64,000 bases of DNA, taken from positions 124,001 through 188,000 of IMG/VR virus record IMGVR_UViG_3300024239_000015; one strand, given 5' to 3'. Within the stretch, counting starts at the first letter, position 1. Every line of letters starts with the position of its first letter. Both the position numbers and the translations under genes were made by a program. Positions 57,374 to 64,000 of the stretch are shown piece by piece. The notes under the pieces are model-generated. The model saw only the letters and a list, made by a program, of their open reading frames with translations. It made no database searches and had not been told where the DNA came from.

Positions 57374-57877
57374 TTAGCTTACATGCTTTAACCGTTTAGA
57401 AGTCCAGAGTTCGGCATAGAACTCAAGAATCCAAAACGACTTCTTCGCGTCCACGACAACAAATTGTTCACCGCCACCAAAGGTGTAATAGTGCGTCAAA
57501 GGGAGTGTGTTAGCTAGAAACAGTTTTGTAAGATCAGGGTGTTGTTGGAAACGTAACAGAATCGCACGCTTGAACTCCTCCTGAAAGTTCTCGAGTGGAA
57601 TTTGCCGGTAGTTCTTTCCTACCCGTTTTGCATCGTATCCCGAGAGTTCACGTAACGAGTCCCATTGTTTCCCCGTCCCTAACCAGTACCAGAACGCTTC
57701 TAATGACTTAAACTCTCCGTACTCTGGGTGCGTAAACCCCAGAGGAGAGAAATTCGTCAGTAACCGCCCTAGCTCAGTTCTTGCTTTGGAATAGATGTTG
57801 ACATGCGTCACACCGTCCTCGCTCAGTTGGGTGAGTTCTAACTCACCCTCTGTGCTCCCTACTTTGAAGGTTTTCAT
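57374..57877 (-). CDS. NADAR-like protein (degenerate)
   Basis: FKSLEAFWY, LRELSGYDAKRVGK, LLRFQQHPDL resemble the NADAR N-terminal and central motifs. Confidence 0.45.
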   Translation of the reverse strand: MKTFKVGSTEGELELTQLSEDGVTHVNIYSKARTELGRLLTNFSPLGFTHPEYGEFKSLEAFWYWLGTGKQWDSLRELSGYDAKRVGKNYRQIPLENFQEEFKRAILLRFQQHPDLTKLFLANTLPLTHYYTFGGGEQFVVVDAKKSFWILEFYAELWTSKRLKHVS

Positions 57878-57886
57878 CCATACCCC

Positions 57887-58849
57887 TTAGTGCAGGTGTT
57901 TGTGCTCTGCTGAAATGGAGTTCGTAGGTTCTCCAGTATCGTGACTGTGGTTCACTAAACCGAGCATCGCCATGAAATGTTCAATACGACGACTCACCTG
58001 AGCAGTGATCTTCACACCGTTTTCAAACTGAGGGATCACACTTACTACACGACGGTTCTGTACACGCACTTCCCAGCTATAGCCCGTAGCCACGACTTTG
58101 TTAGACACAGGACGGTTCAGTAACTCCACTGAGAACACACCCTCGTTGAGTTTCTGTGGGTACGACAAGAACGTAAACCCTACAAACTCAACGACCTCTA
58201 ACCCATGGGGGTTTAGGTGTGTGTTTAAGTAGTACTGTAGTTCTTGGTCTGTCAAACGAGTCGCTAACGCACTGGCTTGCATTTCGGCTAAGTACAGCTG
58301 CTCGTTGAGACGCACTACACAGGTTCGTGTACCTGTTTGTATTTTAGCGACGTCCTCCACTTTGAGGTCACACAGAGGAGTCGTTACTTCAAACTCATCC
58401 ATAGTCTCCCCATACTCAACGCGGGGTGCGTCACCGTAACTACCTAGGAGCAACGTGTCTATCCCAGAGACCTCAACGTCTCCTACGTGTTTGATTGGGG
58501 TGTATAAGTCTAAGTACTCACACCAGCCAAACTGAATACCTGCTAACTCCAGAACTTCAGGTAGCTGTCCGCCGTAGGTGGTGTTGGCTGCAGCGCCATA
58601 CCGTACGTTCTGTAATTGCATCACAGGACGTTCCGTCACACCGAAGCACTCAGTGTCTTTCTCCAATACGCTGAAGAACTTGGTGGCGTAATTACGACCA
58701 CCTAACTTCACTTCCTCTACAAGGTCGTATGGGGTCTCTAAGTTTAAAGCGATTTTCTGTACACAGGCTGGGAAAGGGCTCACCCCACCAGATTTTAAGT
58801 CGATAATCACAAATTGTTTACGTACGTCAAAAGTCTCTTTAATAAACAT
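57887..58849 (-). CDS. Hypothetical protein
   Basis: Start at ATG 58849 (MFIKETF). Confidence 0.75.
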   Translation of the reverse strand: MFIKETFDVRKQFVIIDLKSGGVSPFPACVQKIALNLETPYDLVEEVKLGGRNYATKFFSVLEKDTECFGVTERPVMQLQNVRYGAAANTTYGGQLPEVLELAGIQFGWCEYLDLYTPIKHVGDVEVSGIDTLLLGSYGDAPRVEYGETMDEFEVTTPLCDLKVEDVAKIQTGTRTCVVRLNEQLYLAEMQASALATRLTDQELQYYLNTHLNPHGLEVVEFVGFTFLSYPQKLNEGVFSVELLNRPVSNKVVATGYSWEVRVQNRRVVSVIPQFENGVKITAQVSRRIEHFMAMLGLVNHSHDTGEPTNSISAEHKHLH

Positions 58850-58862
58850 AATGGTCGTCCTC

Positions 58863-59186
58863 TTAAGCTGCGATTGTGATACGGTTACGGTAGTCAGCAC
58901 GTACGTGGTCTGGAAGCTGTTTTAGTACTTCTGCCCGTAACGTGTTGGCAAGTACACCAGACGGTAAACGTAAGCTACGTGTACCTGTGAAGTAAAAGGC
59001 ATTCATTCCGTCTAAACAGATCGACGGGTTGGTTTGGGTTTCGTCCCAGTTTCCTGCATGTACAGGGACCAGTGACAAATGAAATTTTTCTGCTGCTCTT
59101 TCAGCAGCACGACGTAACGCAACGTCTTCCTGAGTACGGGCTGCTGTATTGAATGCGGCAAACAGTTTTTTGATGGTTGTGAACAT
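58863..59186 (-). CDS. Hypothetical protein
   Basis: 107-aa ORF. Confidence 0.65.
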   Translation of the reverse strand: MFTTIKKLFAAFNTAARTQEDVALRRAAERAAEKFHLSLVPVHAGNWDETQTNPSICLDGMNAFYFTGTRSLRLPSGVLANTLRAEVLKQLPDHVRADYRNRITIAA

Positions 59187-59244
59187 AGTCTAGCTTCCTT
59201 TTTTTGAGAGTGGGGTGAGGCTGTGCGGTGGCACAGCCTTTGTA

Positions 59245-59565
59245 TCATAAACGAGCGATTTCTTCTTGGCTTAAAAACCAGAACCACTCGGTAGGTTTCA
59301 GTACCGTTTCCTTTCCAGAGTCGTCAAAGATGACGTAGTTAGACTCCACGAACTTCCCTTGGAGGTTTTCATGTCCGTAGGTTTGTCGTAAGTAACGAAT
59401 GGTCTCTGGAGTAGGGACAGCGCGAGTCAGTAAGTCTTTCGGCGTCTCACGCATGCGGCGCAGGATGGCTTTGGTTAAAGCTCTGCGAGAACGGATACTG
59501 CCGTAACCGATTAAGTCTTCACAGTGTGGTGGGATGCCTTGATAAGGGGCGATTCCTTCCAGCAC
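59245..59565 (-). CDS. Hypothetical protein (start uncertain)
   Basis: The frame stays open upstream to ~59698 with no ATG/GTG/TTG. Confidence 0.55.
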   Translation of the reverse strand: MLEGIAPYQGIPPHCEDLIGYGSIRSRRALTKAILRRMRETPKDLLTRAVPTPETIRYLRQTYGHENLQGKFVESNYVIFDDSGKETVLKPTEWFWFLSQEEIARL

Positions 59566-59644
59566 GTATGATCCATCGGTTGGGTCTTTCTTTACTATCG
59601 CAAAACAGCTGTGGAAGGCTGTCCTACGAATAATCAGCCGGTTA

Positions 59645-60283
59645 TCAGGCTTCTGCTTCAGTGGGGGCAGCAGCCAGCTGGGGTGCCTCCTTAGGCAGTT
59701 TTAATACCGCCAAGAACTGGTTGTAGTACTCGACCAGTAACGGTGAGTACAGATCCAGCTCTTTCTGAGTCGCTTTCGCGTCTTTAGCCACTAAAGGTTT
59801 TGGGAGTGTAAACTCACGACCCTTTAAGTCATCTTCGCTAAAGAGGGATAACCAGTTTTTCTCGTTGTACGTACCGCAGTGTGTGCGTAAGGTGTATAAC
59901 ACGTCACCGACTTTACGGATTAACTCACGTCGTGTGGTCTCACGCATGAAGTACCACTTTAAACTGTACTTCGTTGCAAACTGAGTGAAGAGCTCACTAG
60001 CGAGTTCCAGCTGTGCTAATGCGAAGCATGCTGCTAACACACGTGGGTTCTTACGCCATTCCAGGACCTGTTCTAAGGTTTGTTGAATGGCGTACTCGAC
60101 ATGCACGTTCATGTGTGGGTCGGGTAACGTATCCGCGATGGCGGTGGATAAACCCAACACGGATAGACGCACTTCGCGTACGACCTCTGGCGTAAGCTCA
60201 GTTTGCTTTAAGAGCTCTGCTTTGGTTTCCGCGAACAGTCGAATTTGACGTTCTTTATACTCATTTAAATCTAAAGCTGACAT
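59645..60283 (-). CDS. Hypothetical protein
   Basis: 212 aa, AAGGAG RBS, first gene after the promoter-like motif. Confidence 0.8.
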   Translation of the reverse strand: MSALDLNEYKERQIRLFAETKAELLKQTELTPEVVREVRLSVLGLSTAIADTLPDPHMNVHVEYAIQQTLEQVLEWRKNPRVLAACFALAQLELASELFTQFATKYSLKWYFMRETTRRELIRKVGDVLYTLRTHCGTYNEKNWLSLFSEDDLKGREFTLPKPLVAKDAKATQKELDLYSPLLVEYYNQFLAVLKLPKEAPQLAAAPTEAEA

Positions 60284-60317
60284 AGTTAAGTCTCCTTATA
60301 TGGCTATTGTCCCAACC

Positions 60318-60343
60318 ATATTAAATACCTATAAAAGTTTCGA
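60318..60343 (-). promoter_or_regulatory. 26-bp phage promoter-like motif
   Basis: atattaaatacctataaaagtttcga. Confidence 0.75.
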
Positions 60344-60353
60344 AACGGCATAA

Positions 60354-60377
60354 AAGGAGTACCCGAAGGTACTCCTT
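60354..60377 (-). terminator. Intrinsic terminator (UUCG loop)
   Basis: aaggagtacc-cgaa-ggtactcctt followed by TTATGCCG. Confidence 0.85.
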
Positions 60378-60387
60378 GTTTTATGGC

Positions 60388-61800
60388 TTACTCTTTGTCT
60401 ACCGGGTAGGCAGCAATATGAGTAGCGATCATCGCCTGTGCGGCTTTCACCACACGCAACGACAACTCACACGCACGGCCCATAGGCTGGGTAGCCCACG
60501 TAGCGAATGCCGTTTGGTAACGCAGTAAGTCCTGGTAGTTTTCTTTCTGACCAGGAGTAGCTTCCGCTTTACCGAAGGTTTCAGAACAACGTTTAGACGA
60601 CTGTTTCAGTTTGTCAGAAGCGTCTTTCAGTTTCTTCGATTTACCGTTACGATAGTCTGCCACTAAACGCAATACGGCAGCGCACTTACCGACCAATTTC
60701 TTCAGATCGGCTGGTGTCAGCACGTCAATATCGCCCGCTTTGTACGTTTCAAATTTTGGATTATCAACAATCGCAAAATTCGCTGATCGTACTTTAGCGG
60801 AGGTAGCGTCATCGGTCGGAAGGTGAGCCACTAAGAACTTACCGCCTGGCAGAGGCGCGGACATCTTCACTTCAATACCGTCTTCGGTTTTCTTGTAGCG
60901 ATCGTCAGAACTACCTGGCTTAGGCAGGATACCCATTACACTGCTGTTACGCAGTGCGGCGCGGGCTTTACCAGCCGCTTCAGCCAATGCTTTCTCAGAC
61001 TCTTCGGTTTTAAACCCAGTGAACACTTTGTCTAAATCGTCAGCTAAACCTAAGATTTCAGAAGAGTGTTTGTCCAATAAAGAAGACAGTAACCGCTCTA
61101 CTTCATTCAACGCGTCGTTCGCGTCAGCGAACTTGTTCGGTGCTTTACCGTTGCTGGTTAAGTACTTACCGGCAGTGCCCGTAGAGACTTTGTCTTTCGT
61201 GGGCTGTTTACCTTCGATTTTACCGATGCGGGCAATCAACTCTTTGTTCTTCGCGTTTTCACGACCTAACGTCGAGAACACCGCTTCCACAAAGCGCATG
61301 AATGCTTCCCAGGCTTGAGACACTAAACCAGAGACAAAGTTCCAGAAACGACGAGCCATCTCACGGAAACCTTCAGCTTCCTGTGACAACTTACGTTTCG
61401 TGTAACCCATGGATTCTAACGCAGCATTTAAGCTGGTAGCGTCTTCCGGGATCTCTTGGTCGTGACCTAATTCCACTGCAGCATCGATTGGGGTGTCAGC
61501 AGCAGCTAAGTCACCTAAAGCTTCGGTTAATAAAACCTCACCTGGGGTAGACTCTTCTACAGTTTGATCCAATATTTCAGCAGCAGACTCCATCGCTACA
61601 GCACGGTTAGCCATATCGTTGGCGCGCTCTAAGTCAATTTCTGACTCAGCTAATGCGCTAGAAGCATCTACGGCCGCTTGTTCAGCGTCCATATCTTCCA
61701 GTGGTTCTGGTAAGTCAGGAATATCCACTAACGCTTCTGCTTCTGCAACTTCGGCGTTTTGTTCCATTTCTTCCAGTGCTAAAAAACGTTTTAAAACCAT
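60388..61800 (-). CDS. Internal head (inner-body) protein, phiKZ gp93/95/97-like family
   Basis: RFLALEE N-terminus, acidic propeptide with AME/ALE/SQE sites, helix FWNFVSGLVSQAWEAF. Confidence 0.75.
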   Translation of the reverse strand: MVLKRFLALEEMEQNAEVAEAEALVDIPDLPEPLEDMDAEQAAVDASSALAESEIDLERANDMANRAVAMESAAEILDQTVEESTPGEVLLTEALGDLAAADTPIDAAVELGHDQEIPEDATSLNAALESMGYTKRKLSQEAEGFREMARRFWNFVSGLVSQAWEAFMRFVEAVFSTLGRENAKNKELIARIGKIEGKQPTKDKVSTGTAGKYLTSNGKAPNKFADANDALNEVERLLSSLLDKHSSEILGLADDLDKVFTGFKTEESEKALAEAAGKARAALRNSSVMGILPKPGSSDDRYKKTEDGIEVKMSAPLPGGKFLVAHLPTDDATSAKVRSANFAIVDNPKFETYKAGDIDVLTPADLKKLVGKCAAVLRLVADYRNGKSKKLKDASDKLKQSSKRCSETFGKAEATPGQKENYQDLLRYQTAFATWATQPMGRACELSLRVVKAAQAMIATHIAAYPVDKE

Positions 61801-61833
61801 CTTTAAATTCCTTTACTCAAAAGGTTCTGTGAG

Positions 61834-61855
61834 AGGGGGAGTTTAGACTCCCCCT
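61834..61855 (-). terminator. Hairpin between inner-head genes
   Basis: agggggagt/actccccct. Confidence 0.6.
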
Positions 61856-61871
61856 ACGGAACGTAAACGAC

Positions 61872-63317
61872 TTACTCAGAAGCGTACTGAGCTAAGGACT
61901 TCTCAGCGTAGCTTAACGCCGCAACGCCAGTAGACGTAGCGTAAGAAATACCAGACTTAGCGAAGTTCAGGCTACCGCGAGCAACGTGCTGTACGATTTT
62001 CAGTACAGACTTAATTGCTGTCTTAGAACCTTCGTCTGCACCTTCGCCAGCTTCTGCGTTCTTAGCGAACTGATCGCCTGCTTCACGCAGTTGTTTGATC
62101 GCTTGTTGTACCTGATCGTTTTTGGTTTTGTAACCAACGATCATCTGGCCGATTTCTTCCACAGTCTTCGCGATAGCTTTGCAGTCTTCGATAGAAGCTA
62201 CTGGAACTTCTTCGTAGTCGGCTTCTATGTCTTTCTTAAACATACCGAATGCTGAGGTCTTTACACATTTCAGTACAACAGTACCTACCGTACCCTGAGC
62301 AGCAGCCCAACGTGTCAGCCACTGAACGACTTTGTTAGAGTCTTTGTACGCTTTGTCATCTTTGAAATCGTCGCGTACGGTCACTGTTGCAACAGCGTAA
62401 CCACCAGGTAATACAGGACCAGCAACAGCATGGTAGATCGATTCGTCTTGTTTGAAGGCACTACCAGCTTCTTTGATGTAGTCGTCGGTAGTAGAAACAG
62501 CTTCAACGACATCGTTAGCTAACGTTGTGTAGATGTCCATGTTGTTCGTGAATTTGAAACTACGTAAAACATCGGCCATCGCTTTAGCGCGTTCAGCACC
62601 TTTAGTAGCGGCTTCACCACACGCGTGGTTGATCATCGTTTTAACATCATCTAAACCACCAGTCACGTTTTCAAACTTGCCGTCTTTGTTACACAGTTTG
62701 GTCGCGGCACCGGCTTTCATCGTCTGGGCTTTCTTCTCGCCTTTGGCTTTACTTGCTTTTTCGAACACGCCCTGAGCGGATTTCACCATACGACCAGCTG
62801 AGCTGATGTGAGTTTGAATGAATTCGTTCACCTTCGCTAAGAACTCGGTGACCATCTTCACAATCATCGCCCACACTTCTTTGATCTTCGTACCGACAGA
62901 TTCCTGAGACAGCGTAGTGGCACGCAGTTTAGACTGTGACACACCAAACGCTTCGCAGCTTGGAGCTGTGTTCTTTAAACCCACGCGGTTTAATTCACGG
63001 TTCAGTGCGAATTGGAAATACGTGGCAGATTCCTGAGACAAACCACCGGCAGTAGCGTCACGACCTAACATCGCATGCAGTGACTCCAGGGCTTCCTGTA
63101 CATCTTCTGCTTCTTCGATGCCTTCTTCCATCTCATCCAGCTCAGCCGCGTCTTCTGCGATTTCAGCCAGCTCTTGTTGTAAAGGCAGAGTCGTAGACAC
63201 TTCTACGTCTACGTCAGTAGTGGTGGTCACGGACTGTTGGCCTTCAGTACCGTCTTCGTTCTGGGCTACGATAGCTTCGCTTTCCAGCGCCAGGAAACGA
63301 TTTAATTTCTTTGCCAT
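61872..63317 (-). CDS. Internal head (inner-body) protein, phiKZ gp93/95/97-like family
   Basis: RFLALES, ALE/SQE sites, KIKEVWAMIVKMV helix; paralogue of 60388..61800. Confidence 0.75.
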   Translation of the reverse strand: MAKKLNRFLALESEAIVAQNEDGTEGQQSVTTTTDVDVEVSTTLPLQQELAEIAEDAAELDEMEEGIEEAEDVQEALESLHAMLGRDATAGGLSQESATYFQFALNRELNRVGLKNTAPSCEAFGVSQSKLRATTLSQESVGTKIKEVWAMIVKMVTEFLAKVNEFIQTHISSAGRMVKSAQGVFEKASKAKGEKKAQTMKAGAATKLCNKDGKFENVTGGLDDVKTMINHACGEAATKGAERAKAMADVLRSFKFTNNMDIYTTLANDVVEAVSTTDDYIKEAGSAFKQDESIYHAVAGPVLPGGYAVATVTVRDDFKDDKAYKDSNKVVQWLTRWAAAQGTVGTVVLKCVKTSAFGMFKKDIEADYEEVPVASIEDCKAIAKTVEEIGQMIVGYKTKNDQVQQAIKQLREAGDQFAKNAEAGEGADEGSKTAIKSVLKIVQHVARGSLNFAKSGISYATSTGVAALSYAEKSLAQYASE

Positions 63318-63465
63318 GGTTAAAACTCCAATTGGATTAAAATTTGTTTTTTTAGAACACGTGTTCTACGCACCTACAAGCACGTGCACTTGGAAGTGCT
63401 TAGGTCACCGGACATACTCTGTAGTCCTGAGCAGCGGTCGGTACATAGCATTAAAGGAAAGACAG

Positions 63466-63496
63466 CATACAGGGAGGGTTCTACCCTCCCTGTATG
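63466..63496 (-). terminator. Intrinsic terminator
   Basis: catacagggagggt/accctccctgtatg. Confidence 0.8.
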
Positions 63497-63502
63497 GACG
63501 TA

Positions 63503-64000
63503 CTATTTCTGGATACTACGTTCAGCGTAATCTAAACAATGACCGATGTTTGGAATCGCCCACTTCACCACAGAGGTCATAAACGCCTGACTACCACGGA
63601 TCACGTGTTGTGAAATACGAAGCATCGCAGCAGCGGCAGCTTTCTCTTTCTCTCCCAAACCAGCCGCTTTGTCGGAGTTATCCGAAAAGTGGTCTGCTGC
63701 AGATTTGAGTGTTTCGATTGCACGTTTTACTTTATCACCACGTGTGCGGTAGGACAGAATTTTCTCAGCGGCTTTTTGTACGTTATCAACCACGTCGATC
63801 GCTACTTCTTTTGTCAGAGCGGGGACTTCTTTGAACTTAGGCTCCACGGGTCTGAATCTGAAACGTTCTGTTACCAACGAGTACGACGCGAGCATGGTGG
63901 GTACTTGTTGGAAGAACTTAGCGTTCCAGTTGATGATGTCTTTTTGTTGAGAATCTTTGTTGGTGTAATCCGGGCTGTTCTGATAGTCCGGTTTGATCAT
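63503..64000 (-). CDS. Internal head protein paralogue, C-terminal part (start outside window)
   Basis: KVKRAIETLKSAADHF...ISQHVIRGS...CLDYAERS matches the C-terminus of 61872..63317. Confidence 0.75.
   Translation of the reverse strand: MIKPDYQNSPDYTNKDSQQKDIINWNAKFFQQVPTMLASYSLVTERFRFRPVEPKFKEVPALTKEVAIDVVDNVQKAAEKILSYRTRGDKVKRAIETLKSAADHFSDNSDKAAGLGEKEKAAAAAMLRISQHVIRGSQAFMTSVVKWAIPNIGHCLDYAERSIQK

Noticed and set aside
1-64000. tRNA genes or an alternative genetic code
   Set aside because: No cloverleaf with T-loop and anticodon arm was found by eye; genes end normally at TAA/TGA/TAG and pack tightly under the standard code

Overview
A 64-kb segment of a lytic phiKZ-like (Chimalliviridae-type, probably nucleus-forming) jumbo myophage. 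Most genes are on the minus strand. The order is: small early/accessory genes, a GH108 endolysin, a large tail-fibre/baseplate-adaptor cluster with a 2311-aa repetitive fibre, a nested i-/o-spanin pair, more accessory genes, dTMP kinase, a RuvC-like resolvase, baseplate genes, portal, a CYTH-like protein, a non-virion RNA polymerase beta subunit, the major capsid protein, a DnaB-like helicase, tail/neck genes and inner-head paralogues. Family assignments come from motifs and from recalled phiKZ-type synteny, not from database searches. Main observations: (1) a ~390-nt highly structured non-coding element closed by a perfect 13-bp stem (51467-51855), followed by a second folded domain to ~52010, which is a candidate large ncRNA matching no class I recognise; (2) a complete ORF-less group I intron (IA2-like) splitting the replicative helicase gene; (3) a ~350-bp array of near-perfect palindromes plus a G-quadruplex motif at 5660-6004; (4) a repeated 26-bp phage promoter-like motif; (5) a modular, apparently branched receptor-binding system; (6) CYTH-like and NADAR-like proteins that could act against host nucleotide-based defences. 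No tRNA, rRNA, CRISPR array, integrase or transposase was seen.
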